From a virus (taxonomy: Duplodnaviria; Caudoviricetes): 64,000 nt of DNA. Below are positions 39,652 to 48,197 of the stretch, piece after piece; position 1 is the first letter of the stretch, and every line of letters starts with the position of its first letter. The stretch lies in the IMG/VR virus record IMGVR_UViG_3300027759_000001. One strand, 5' to 3'. The translations under genes and the position numbers were made by a program. The notes under the pieces are model-generated. The model was not told the origin of the DNA and did no database searches. It saw only the letters and a list, made by a program, of their open reading frames with translations.

Positions 39652-41934
39652 TTAATTAGTTGCACAATACCCACCAACTACTACAGTGATTATAACAAAA
39701 CTTGATGTTGATGTTGGTACGGAACTTGAACACGTTTTATTATACTTTTGAGAATTAATAGTTTGTATTATTGGTAAACCTGTGCCACAGTCGGTATATG
39801 TATATGTTAAAGGTTGAATAAAAGTGTTATTTATTAAGTATTGTATACAAGCAGGACGTGTTAATGTAGGTGTTGGTGTTGGCGTACCTGTTGGTGTTGG
39901 TGTTGGTGTTTGAGTGTTTACAATTAAACATTGTGAACAATACCCTTCAGATTCAGGACCTAAAATATTTGTTAAAACTATAGTACTAACACCACCAATA
40001 TCACTTACAAATCCATCATACACAACACAAGTAGATATACCATTAATAAATGATTCATATACATATCCTTTATCTGGTGTATTACCTAAAGGATCTAAAA
40101 CAACATCTGTTGTGTAATATAAGAACCCTGTATTACATTCTTTAAAACGTTTACTACCATTACATATAATATAATCGTCAAACGTGTTAAACACGACTGA
40201 CCCATCAAAATTACAATTATATTGTGGTGATGGGGTTGGAGTTGCAATCATTTTACCACTTGTTGCGGTAGGTGTCGGTGTTAATACATTTGCAGTTACC
40301 GATATTCCTTTACCACCACAAATTTCAGTTGCGGTAGGTGTTTGGGTTGGTGTAGGTGTTGGAGTTCCAGTTACGGTTGCCGTCGGGGTTAAAGGTAACT
40401 CACAATCAAACGCAGCTTCAAAAGATATTGGTTGACAATATTGTGTTGGTGTTGGAGTTGGAGTAGGACAAGATCCATTAGTGAAAAAATCATCACATAA
40501 ATCAGGACAATCAGTATTACAAGGTGATGGACCAAATAAATAACAATCACCATCTAATGAGTCTGACAAACACCAACGATTGCTATCTGATGAAAAATAA
40601 ATAACTAAACCATTTGTTTGACCAAGCCAAAAAAGTTGTTCATTCCATGTACCACCACTAATATATGTATCATCATAAGCAATGTCACCTGTTGAAATAC
40701 AATAAGATTCATAAGGACATATAATTGGTGGTTCGGGGCAAATATCGCAAAAATTATATTTAACACAGGTATTATCACAAGAATTATAAATATAACCTGA
40801 TGAGCAAGTGTAACCTGAAGTTGAATATACACCAGCATTAGATTGTACTAAAGTTGCTTGGGTTTTACCCGACGATGTAAATAAAATATTAAGATCCGAA
40901 TATAATGTTGCGGAATTTAATTCGGGTAATGTGTTATCATAAATTTCACAACCAAAACCACCATATGAATCATCATTTCGGCCATATAATTCAATAATGT
41001 GGTTACCTGAATTCAAAGTTAACGGGTAAATATTCCATCTTTTATATGTCTTACCCGCGGAGTCCCAATATGTTGATAAACTAGAGTCAACAATTGTGGT
41101 ACCATCAATTTTTAATTTAAAATCATTATCACCACCAATACCTATATAATATGTTTTTGTTTCTTCTATATCAATACATTGACTGAAACCAAGCCATACA
41201 TCATATGGAGGTGCGACAGTTGGATAACTAACAGTCCATACACCACATCTATTTAATGGGCCACCAGTGGTATTAAATAAGGGATTATCCCATAAAGTAT
41301 TTGAAGGTAATAGTACATAATCACCACCACCTGGGTTCGTAAAACCTAAAATACTATAACCTGGATTATAAACAAATGACCCATATACACTATATTGTGA
41401 ATACCCTATATCAACAAAAGATATTGGTGTTAAAGGAGCGGTTGCGGAAACAACCTCCAATGAATAACACTGAGTTTCACTATAAGCCGAATAACTTGGG
41501 CCGCATTCTATACAACTACCTGTACAAATTGTTGTTGGGGTAGGTGTTGGAGTAGGTGTTGATGTTAATACAGGTGTTGATATTGTTGCCGTTGGTGTTA
41601 GTGTTGGTGTTAGTGTTGGTGTCGGTGTTGGAGTACTTGTTTCTCTTGATGATGATGTTGTTGGTGTTGGTGTTGTTGTTAGTGTTGGGGTTGGGGTATT
41701 AGTTAAACAAGGATCAATATCGTCTATTCCTCCTTTAATATGATCAAGGTGGTAAAGATTAGTGCCGTTAGAATACCATGATAAATCAGTTGCCTGAGTT
41801 GAACAACCAGGGTTTGTATATAACATTTGTCCAATACTTAAACTATTACCATAAAGGGTAAGAGTAAATGGTCCTGAACACAACCCTGTTGGAGATGCGT
41901 TTCCAACTGTAAACGTTCCTAAATTAACACACAT
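39652..41934 (-). CDS. Cys-rich, Thr/Pro-repeat protein with PA14-like carbohydrate-binding domain
   Basis: YYIGIGGDNDFKLKIDG...LTLNSGNHIIELY; four TPTPTP tracts; many Cys. Confidence 0.6.
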   Translation of the reverse strand: MCVNLGTFTVGNASPTGLCSGPFTLTLYGNSLSIGQMLYTNPGCSTQATDLSWYSNGTNLYHLDHIKGGIDDIDPCLTNTPTPTLTTTPTPTTSSSRETSTPTPTPTLTPTLTPTATISTPVLTSTPTPTPTPTTICTGSCIECGPSYSAYSETQCYSLEVVSATAPLTPISFVDIGYSQYSVYGSFVYNPGYSILGFTNPGGGDYVLLPSNTLWDNPLFNTTGGPLNRCGVWTVSYPTVAPPYDVWLGFSQCIDIEETKTYYIGIGGDNDFKLKIDGTTIVDSSLSTYWDSAGKTYKRWNIYPLTLNSGNHIIELYGRNDDSYGGFGCEIYDNTLPELNSATLYSDLNILFTSSGKTQATLVQSNAGVYSTSGYTCSSGYIYNSCDNTCVKYNFCDICPEPPIICPYESYCISTGDIAYDDTYISGGTWNEQLFWLGQTNGLVIYFSSDSNRWCLSDSLDGDCYLFGPSPCNTDCPDLCDDFFTNGSCPTPTPTPTQYCQPISFEAAFDCELPLTPTATVTGTPTPTPTQTPTATEICGGKGISVTANVLTPTPTATSGKMIATPTPSPQYNCNFDGSVVFNTFDDYIICNGSKRFKECNTGFLYYTTDVVLDPLGNTPDKGYVYESFINGISTCVVYDGFVSDIGGVSTIVLTNILGPESEGYCSQCLIVNTQTPTPTPTGTPTPTPTLTRPACIQYLINNTFIQPLTYTYTDCGTGLPIIQTINSQKYNKTCSSSVPTSTSSFVIITVVVGGYCATN

Positions 41935-42155
41935 TATAAATTAATATTTTCTATTATCACACAATCATTATCATCAATCACTTTAACCACAAAACTTGTA
42001 AATGAGGAAAAAATTGATGGAATCATAAAAGAATACGGTAAATTACCACTATTGATAGTTGATACATAAATACAAGTTGTGTATCCTGTATCACATACGT
42101 AAACATCATAAGGTGATATTCCGGTAATAGAAGTGATTGTAATGTTTGTATCCAT
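41934..42155 (-). CDS. Small beta-rich hypothetical protein (73 aa)
   Basis: TAATG coupling to the 760-aa gene; preceded by TATTTATA on the minus strand. Confidence 0.75.
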   Translation of the reverse strand: MDTNITITSITGISPYDVYVCDTGYTTCIYVSTINSGNLPYSFMIPSIFSSFTSFVVKVIDDNDCVIIENINL

Positions 42156-42172
42156 ATATTTTTATTCTATTG

Positions 42173-42180
42173 TATAAATA
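42173..42180 (-). promoter_or_regulatory. Putative late promoter TATTTATA (minus strand)
   Basis: 17 nt upstream of ATG 42155. Confidence 0.55.
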
Positions 42181-42205
42181 TAGTGGGAATGAAAAACTTG
42201 TGAAG

Positions 42206-42234
42206 TTGATTAACCGAATTAATTTACCTATATT
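42206..42234 (+). promoter_or_regulatory. sigma70-type promoter TTGATT-17-TATATT
   Basis: Exact spacing; -10 ends 7 nt before ATG 42242. Confidence 0.7.
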
Positions 42235-42241
42235 ACTAAAG

Positions 42242-43141
42242 ATGGAAGAAAATGATGCGATTGTTGAATTATTGGAGGACCTTTTAGGTGACCACGGACT
42301 GCACTACCCCAATAAGGGTCAGATATCTTTCAATTGCCCTGTCTGTGATGATGATAGAAATAAACATAATTTAGAAATAAATTACGTAAACAATGTTTAT
42401 AAATGTTGGTCTTGTGGTGATGTGGATGGTACTCACGGATCTTTGGGAAAACTTTTTGATAAGTACGGAAACAAGAAATTAAAGAAACTATATAATGTCT
42501 TAAAACCTGAGACGGTACAACCAAGACAAAAAAGAACAAAAAAATTAACACTTCCTGAAGGGTTCACGTTATTTACGGAGTCAAGTCCGGTATACCCAGT
42601 AAGAAGACAAGCATATAATTATTTAAAAAGTAGGGGAATAACAGATGAAATCATTAAGAAATATAATATTGGCTTTTGTGATCGTGGTAGTCATACAGGT
42701 CGCATTGTCGTCCCATCATATAATAGTGAAGGAGAATTAAATTATTATGTTGCTCGTAGTTGGGACACAAAAAGTAAATTTAAATATAAAAACCCTGAGG
42801 CAGAGAAAGATATAATAATCTTCAATGAAAGATTGATTGATTGGGATAAAGACATCTATTTGGTTGAAGGTGTATTTGACGGATTCTTCTTGGATAATTC
42901 AATTCCGATGTTAGGTAAACATATGTCGGAAATTCTATTTGAAAAAATATATATGAAATCTAAGGGAGACGTTATTATTGCTTTAGACGGTGATGCTTGG
43001 GATAATGCAATTAAACTATATCGTGAACTTAATGGTGGTGAGTTATATGAACGAATTAAGATTGTTCATTTACCTATGGACCAAGATGTATGTGATTTAA
43101 GAGGGAATATAAACGAATACTTCGTAAAATTAAAAGATTAA
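42242..43141 (+). CDS. DNA primase (zinc-binding domain + TOPRIM)
   Basis: FNCPVCD...CWSC, YLVEGVFD, IALDGDA. Start moved from 42146 to 42242 because a promoter lies within the extension. Confidence 0.9.
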   Translation: MEENDAIVELLEDLLGDHGLHYPNKGQISFNCPVCDDDRNKHNLEINYVNNVYKCWSCGDVDGTHGSLGKLFDKYGNKKLKKLYNVLKPETVQPRQKRTKKLTLPEGFTLFTESSPVYPVRRQAYNYLKSRGITDEIIKKYNIGFCDRGSHTGRIVVPSYNSEGELNYYVARSWDTKSKFKYKNPEAEKDIIIFNERLIDWDKDIYLVEGVFDGFFLDNSIPMLGKHMSEILFEKIYMKSKGDVIIALDGDAWDNAIKLYRELNGGELYERIKIVHLPMDQDVCDLRGNINEYFVKLKD

Positions 43142-43995
43142 TGGATTTAAAAAAAATATCTGAAGAGATCAGAGAAATCATATCAGAAAAACAAAAAGAG
43201 TTTCAATTAACATTTGAGGAAGATACTCACAAATATACTATGTTAGATATAACTGGTAAATTAAGAGATGATTTCCCGTCTGTTTCTAAATTGATGAAAT
43301 ATTTCTATACGGAATTTGATTCTGAAGGAATTTCATTTAGGAAAGCGAATGGTGATCCTTATGAACAACAACGATTATTGGAAGAATGGGCGGCTGCTGG
43401 AACATACTCAACAAACATGGGTTCTCGTGTTCACTTCTTATTAGAGAAACATACATTAGAAGAATTTGGTATTGGTAAAGAAGTGAGACAACCAATTTAT
43501 GAATGTGATGCAGAACAGATTGTAAAAGGTGATACTATGGTTGTTGCTGGCAAACAATACATTGATTTACTTAAAGAACGTAATTGTATATTACTTGATA
43601 CGGAGATGGTTTTAGGTCACCCTGAATTGGGATATACAGGACAACCAGATAAGGTATGGTTAATTATTGGTACAAATGGTGATCTTGGTATTTTGATTAC
43701 GGATTGGAAAACAAACAAACCTAAAAACTTTGAAAAGAATAAGTTTACAAAACCAATGAAGAAACCATTTGAAGATTTACCTGATAATGCTCTTGGTCAC
43801 TACAACACACAATTACCATTTTATGGTAAACTATTATTAAAGATGTTGGAAGGAACAAAATATGAGAATATCAAACTGATGGGTTGTATTGTTGTGTTAT
43901 TAACGGAAGAAAGAGAATTTGTTGAACATAGAGTCGCAAAAAAAACTATTAATACAATTCTTGAAATGGATATGAAAAAGTATTTGACAAAATAA
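43141..43995 (+). CDS. PD-(D/E)XK exonuclease
   Basis: PSVSKL, GSRVH, TEMVL, TGQPDK, ITDWKT, QLPFY. Confidence 0.85.
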   Translation: MDLKKISEEIREIISEKQKEFQLTFEEDTHKYTMLDITGKLRDDFPSVSKLMKYFYTEFDSEGISFRKANGDPYEQQRLLEEWAAAGTYSTNMGSRVHFLLEKHTLEEFGIGKEVRQPIYECDAEQIVKGDTMVVAGKQYIDLLKERNCILLDTEMVLGHPELGYTGQPDKVWLIIGTNGDLGILITDWKTNKPKNFEKNKFTKPMKKPFEDLPDNALGHYNTQLPFYGKLLLKMLEGTKYENIKLMGCIVVLLTEEREFVEHRVAKKTINTILEMDMKKYLTK

Positions 43996-44012
43996 ATAAA
44001 TTAAACTATATT
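43984..44012 (+). promoter_or_regulatory. sigma70-type promoter TTGACA-17-TATATT
   Basis: Consensus -35, exact spacer. Confidence 0.8.
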
Positions 44013-44017
44013 ATAGT

Positions 44018-44107
44018 ATGGAAATGACAATTACACCAATTTGGTACACCAACACTAGTTGGGACACTGAAAAAATTAAAATAAACGTTAAATATATAAT
44101 AAAATGA
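44018..44107 (+). CDS. Small leaderless ORF (29 aa, MEMTITPIWYTNTSWDTEKIKINVKYIIK)
   Basis: ATG 5 nt after the -10; stop overlaps the next ATG (ATGA); not in the ORF track. Confidence 0.5.
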   Translation: MEMTITPIWYTNTSWDTEKIKINVKYIIK

Positions 44108-44322
44108 GTGATGATAACATCATAAGACCTAAGATTAATCTTAGGGAACAACCAACTATCGTTTGTGAGGAGTGTGGTTCAAGATTCTTCAAAGAAGTAA
44201 CTATGTTGAAGAAAGTGCCTAAATTGTTAACAGGAAGTCCGGAAGATACAATCGTACCTTTTCCAACTTATATGTGTAATAGTTGTGGATTCGTAAATGA
44301 AGAATTCTTAATTTTTGAATAG
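44104..44322 (+). CDS. Zinc-ribbon protein
   Basis: CEEC...CNSC. Confidence 0.8.
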   Translation: MSDDNIIRPKINLREQPTIVCEECGSRFFKEVTMLKKVPKLLTGSPEDTIVPFPTYMCNSCGFVNEEFLIFE

Positions 44323-44468
44323 TGGAAATCGGTAAAATGACATTAAATGAAGCTTATCCTCACCTTAAAAGTGTGGCATTGGCTTATGGTCTAAACTTAA
44401 ATAGAGTTAAAGAATTTAGGTTTGCAAGAATTATTTTAGTAAACCTATATAATAGAGAATTAGTATGA
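44322..44468 (+). CDS. Small hypothetical protein (48 aa, GTG start)
   Basis: MEIGKMTLNEAYPHLKSVALAYG...; fills the gap and overlaps both neighbours; not in the track. Confidence 0.6.
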   Translation: MEIGKMTLNEAYPHLKSVALAYGLNLNRVKEFRFARIILVNLYNRELV

Positions 44469-44680
44469 CACATAAAGAATTTTACATTTGGTTAGAAGGT
44501 TACTTGTATGGTAAACTTGAAAATAAACACATAGAAATTACTCCTATTGTAGAAAAAATGGGTCAAGTAAAAGATAATGAATTTAAAAGTAATATGTTAC
44601 CTTTTCAAAATATACCTATTCCAGTAAATCCATTTAAATCAGAAGATGATTTGGGATATCCACCAAAAATAGTAATGTAA
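44465..44680 (+). CDS. Hypothetical protein (71 aa)
   Basis: MTHKEFYIWLEGY-type small phage ORF. Confidence 0.75.
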   Translation: MTHKEFYIWLEGYLYGKLENKHIEITPIVEKMGQVKDNEFKSNMLPFQNIPIPVNPFKSEDDLGYPPKIVM

Positions 44681-44682
44681 TT

Positions 44683-45015
44683 ATGATTGAAGATATTAAA
44701 GTTATACACCTTAAGAGTAACGCACAACAACTTGAAACATGGATTGCCATGTTAAATGGTGAAATTATAGGTCACATATATATGGAACGAGAAGAAAGTA
44801 ATAAAATAAAATTTTTAGATGCTTGGGTGCACGAAGAACATAGACTAAAAGGTGTTTTTAGAATGTTGTGGGATACTAGATGGGAATATGTTAAAACCCG
44901 TTATAGTGGATTTACTGTATATGCTTGGTGTAAACCAGGTTCATTACCATTATTAATTGAAAAAGGATTCACTGAAGGTGAGACATCAACTTATGTTGAA
45001 AAAACAATAACATAA
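44683..45015 (+). CDS. GNAT-family acetyltransferase
   Basis: WVHEEHRLKGVFRML motif A; PLLIEKGF. Confidence 0.75.
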   Translation: MIEDIKVIHLKSNAQQLETWIAMLNGEIIGHIYMEREESNKIKFLDAWVHEEHRLKGVFRMLWDTRWEYVKTRYSGFTVYAWCKPGSLPLLIEKGFTEGETSTYVEKTIT

Positions 45016-45028
45016 ATAAATTAAAACT

Positions 45029-45364
45029 ATGAAAAACTTATTAACCATCATTGTTAGTACATCAATTCTTATTGGTATATTTGCGCCCATTATTAATAAT
45101 AGAGCGAATAACAAATTCAGTGGAGTAATAAAAGATAAAGAAAAAATAATTGACAGTCTTAAAAAAAATCCTCATGTAGATACTCTATGGTTATCATTAC
45201 CTGAAGATTCCATCAAGGTTGAAATAGGAAAACAATTAAAAAAAATACAATCCCAAAGGGATAAAAATAAAGCGTTGAAAGAATATATAATTTTCTTAGA
45301 AAATGAAAACCAATTTTTAGGTAGTGTTCTTGCAGAGAAAGAGTTAGAAGACGGTATTGAATAA
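45029..45364 (+). CDS. Membrane-anchored coiled-coil protein
   Basis: N-terminal hydrophobic helix followed by heptads. Confidence 0.65.
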   Translation: MKNLLTIIVSTSILIGIFAPIINNRANNKFSGVIKDKEKIIDSLKKNPHVDTLWLSLPEDSIKVEIGKQLKKIQSQRDKNKALKEYIIFLENENQFLGSVLAEKELEDGIE

Positions 45365-45391
45365 CAAATAAAGTATTAAAAATTAAAACCT

Positions 45392-45766
45392 ATGAAATCA
45401 AGTATAATATTAGCCATCCTTCTGTTTTTTATTACATTCACATCTGTATCTCAGATAATAGGAACAACATATAAACTTAATAATATAGAAATTGCACAAT
45501 TTGATTTACCCACAGAGGTAACATGGTATAATGCTAAAAGAGAGTGTAACGAATTGGGTAAAGATTGGAGATTACCAACTAAAGAGGAATTAGACGAAAT
45601 GTATAACAATAAGGATCTTATAGGTAATTTTGTTAACACTAATTATTGGAGTTCTACAGAGTATAATTCTAATTATGTTTGGATGGAGGTGTTTACACAC
45701 AGGTCTATTGCGATAACATTAAAAGAAGGACATATTAATGCTAGAGCAGTTAAAACAATTAAATAA
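45392..45766 (+). CDS. Secreted DUF1566 (C-type-lectin-like) protein
   Basis: Signal peptide SVS|Q; TWYNAKREC...DWRLPTKEEL...YWSSTE...RAVK. Confidence 0.8.
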   Translation: MKSSIILAILLFFITFTSVSQIIGTTYKLNNIEIAQFDLPTEVTWYNAKRECNELGKDWRLPTKEELDEMYNNKDLIGNFVNTNYWSSTEYNSNYVWMEVFTHRSIAITLKEGHINARAVKTIK

Positions 45767-45874
45767 TATGATATATAAATTAAGATACAAATTATTAAAA
45801 TATATTTTAAGAAAACTTAGATAACCAAAATTTTTTTTGTGTATTGAAGATATAAAAATAAAACAATATAAATA

Positions 45875-46090
45875 ATGAAAAGATACCCCGCATTATTCAT
45901 TAAATGGTTATCTAACCGTTTTGGATACAAAATAGGAATGATTAAAATTGATGGTAATAGGAAAAATGATAGAGGAAAATCTTTCATACCTCACACAATA
46001 ATTGAGGGTGATTTAGAGATATTGAGATATTTGGATATCTCAGGATACCTCTTTAAAAAAGAACCATTTAATAGAAGTAAAAATGATTAA
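45875..46090 (+). CDS. Hypothetical protein (71 aa)
   Basis: ORF preceded by possible TTGAAG-17-TATAAA. Confidence 0.65.
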   Translation: MKRYPALFIKWLSNRFGYKIGMIKIDGNRKNDRGKSFIPHTIIEGDLEILRYLDISGYLFKKEPFNRSKND

Positions 46091-46862
46091 AACTTTAGTA
46101 CACTTTTCTGATTTACATATCAGATTATATAAAGATCACGACTTATACCGATCAATATTGGAAACGGCAATTGAACAATGGAAAGAATTGTCTCCTGACC
46201 GTATTATATTTACGGGTGATTTAGTTCATTCTAAAAACCAAATGACACCTGAACTTATTGAATTTGTTGCTTGGATTTTAACTGAATGTTCATCAATTGC
46301 TAAAACAATTATTATACCAGGTAACCACGACTTTTTGGTAAATAATACCGAAAGATTGGACGCACTTACACCTATCATTAACTCTTTAAATAATCATAAT
46401 ATTGTATACTACAGAGATAGAGGTGTGTATGAGGATGATAACATTAGTTGGTGTGTATATTCACAATACCAAGGAAATATTCCTCCTGATATTATTGAAG
46501 GTAAGGGTAGAAAAATTGGGTTATTTCACGGACCTATTTCAGGTTTAAAAACAGATCTTGGATTTGAGTTTGGTGAAGAGGCGTATGATATTGAAAAGTT
46601 TGATGGGTTGGAAACCGTATTATGTGGTGATATTCATAAACGAGCTGAGTTCCAAATTAAAGGAGGTAAAGGTTATATGATTGGATCAACCATTCAAAAC
46701 AACATTGGCGAAAGTATAGGTAGACATGGATATGGTATATATGATGTTGAAACAAAGGAGTATAATTATACTGATTTACCTAATCCAAAACCATTTTTAA
46801 AGTTCTCCATTAAATCATTTGAAGATATTGAGAATGGAACAGAAAGACTCCAAAATATTTAA
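46083..46862 (+). CDS. SbcD/Mre11/gp47-like metallophosphoesterase nuclease (short)
   Basis: SDLH, FTGDLVH, PGNHD, LFHG, GDIHK. Confidence 0.9.
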   Translation: MIKTLVHFSDLHIRLYKDHDLYRSILETAIEQWKELSPDRIIFTGDLVHSKNQMTPELIEFVAWILTECSSIAKTIIIPGNHDFLVNNTERLDALTPIINSLNNHNIVYYRDRGVYEDDNISWCVYSQYQGNIPPDIIEGKGRKIGLFHGPISGLKTDLGFEFGEEAYDIEKFDGLETVLCGDIHKRAEFQIKGGKGYMIGSTIQNNIGESIGRHGYGIYDVETKEYNYTDLPNPKPFLKFSIKSFEDIENGTERLQNI

Positions 46863-47490
46863 TAAAGAAACTCTCAGCAGCGTTGAGAGTTTTTGTGAAC
46901 TCAATAATATTGAGGATAAGGAAGATTTCATCTACCTTTGTTTCAAACAAGGTTTTGACATTAAGAAGTTTGGTCTTTTGGGAGAAACACTTAATGAAGG
47001 TGAAAAACACTTAAAAACGGGTGGGATTGAAGAAAAACGGGTGGAAATTGAGGTAATACGAGAAATACGGGTGGAAGTACCAGTTGAGAAGATAGTTGAA
47101 CGAATTGTTAATGTAACTGATGATACTAAAATAAATGAACTGTTGTTAAAAATACAACAGTTGGAAAATGTCACAGAAGATGTCACAGAAATAGAATGTA
47201 TTTGTGACAAAAATATTGAAAATGAACTTGGCGAAAAAATTGCCAAGTTGGAAGAGGAAATGTCTAAAAAGGATGAAGAATTAGACGAACTTAGACGTAA
47301 TTTAGACATTCCTGTAACAAATAATAAGTTAAATATGTTACAAGATACTTTACAGAATTTAAGAAATGACTTATCATTGAAGAACGATAAAATAAATGAA
47401 TTAGAAAAAATAAACCAGGAACTACAAAGAACGGCAAATTTACAAAACGCCATTTATATGAAAGGTTCCAATTTAAATAGTAGAATATGA
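46834..47490 (+). CDS. Coiled-coil hypothetical protein
   Basis: VEVPVEKIVERIV motif and long heptads; ATG 46834 preferred. Confidence 0.7.
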   Translation: MEQKDSKIFNKETLSSVESFCELNNIEDKEDFIYLCFKQGFDIKKFGLLGETLNEGEKHLKTGGIEEKRVEIEVIREIRVEVPVEKIVERIVNVTDDTKINELLLKIQQLENVTEDVTEIECICDKNIENELGEKIAKLEEEMSKKDEELDELRRNLDIPVTNNKLNMLQDTLQNLRNDLSLKNDKINELEKINQELQRTANLQNAIYMKGSNLNSRI

Positions 47491-47840
47491 TACAATTAGT
47501 AATGTTTATGATCGCGGCATATGGAATGACGACGATCTTAGTGTATGGATCCATTTTCAATGGATTAAGAGATAAAATTAAAATTGCAGGTGGAGATAAA
47601 GGTTATTTTTTAACTAGACCTACATTTAAATTCATATCAGATTTGATATCTTGTATATTATGTACGGGTACTTGGGTTGGATTTGTCTTATCCTTATTTT
47701 ATTTTTCACCGGCTCATGAATTTATTGGACTTAATAAGTTTTTATCCGTATTTTTTGATGGAATGTTGTCCGCAGGTGCGGTATGGGCAATCAATAGTAT
47801 AATTGAATGGTTTGAAGAAAATAGACCAAGTAATAAATAA
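47487..47840 (+). CDS. DUF1360-like membrane protein
   Basis: Three hydrophobic helices, SCILCTGTWVG. Confidence 0.6.
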   Translation: MIQLVMFMIAAYGMTTILVYGSIFNGLRDKIKIAGGDKGYFLTRPTFKFISDLISCILCTGTWVGFVLSLFYFSPAHEFIGLNKFLSVFFDGMLSAGAVWAINSIIEWFEENRPSNK

Positions 47841-47855
47841 AAACAAATATAAAAA

Positions 47856-48194
47856 ATGGGAAAAAAGGACAAAGAACACAGAGCAAAAGTTGCAAAAAGA
47901 AACAAACGTATAAACCAAGAAAAATCAGGAATGCAAAAAGCTTTTGATAAATTAATGGAAGAACAAATTCAAAAATTAAAAACCGATGAAGGTTTAAATG
48001 TAGGTTTATCTGGTAGTACAATGCCATTTGAAATTTTTGATAAAGATCAATTAGATTCAATTGTGGACTTTAAATCAAAACACCCCGAATTAATCATGGG
48101 TAATGACGAGGAATTAACAGAAGAATTCCCACTTAACATTGAAGGAGATGATATTCCTTTAGGTGTTGATACAACAGAAGAAGAACAAAAATAA
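47856..48194 (+). CDS. Hypothetical protein, basic N-terminus and acidic C-terminus
   Basis: Clean ORF. Confidence 0.7.
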   Translation: MGKKDKEHRAKVAKRNKRINQEKSGMQKAFDKLMEEQIQKLKTDEGLNVGLSGSTMPFEIFDKDQLDSIVDFKSKHPELIMGNDEELTEEFPLNIEGDDIPLGVDTTEEEQK

Positions 48195-48197
48195 TGA

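Noticed and set aside
42146-42241. N-terminal extension of primase in the track
   Set aside because: Overlaps the divergent gene start and contains two promoters; ATG 42242 is more plausible
43141-43995. Cas4
   Set aside because: PD-(D/E)XK core is present but the C-terminal Cys cluster for Fe-S is absent; ordinary phage exonuclease
45768-45824. 18-aa basic ORF MIYKLRYKLLKYILRKLR
   Set aside because: Too short, and no supporting signal beyond AT-rich chance
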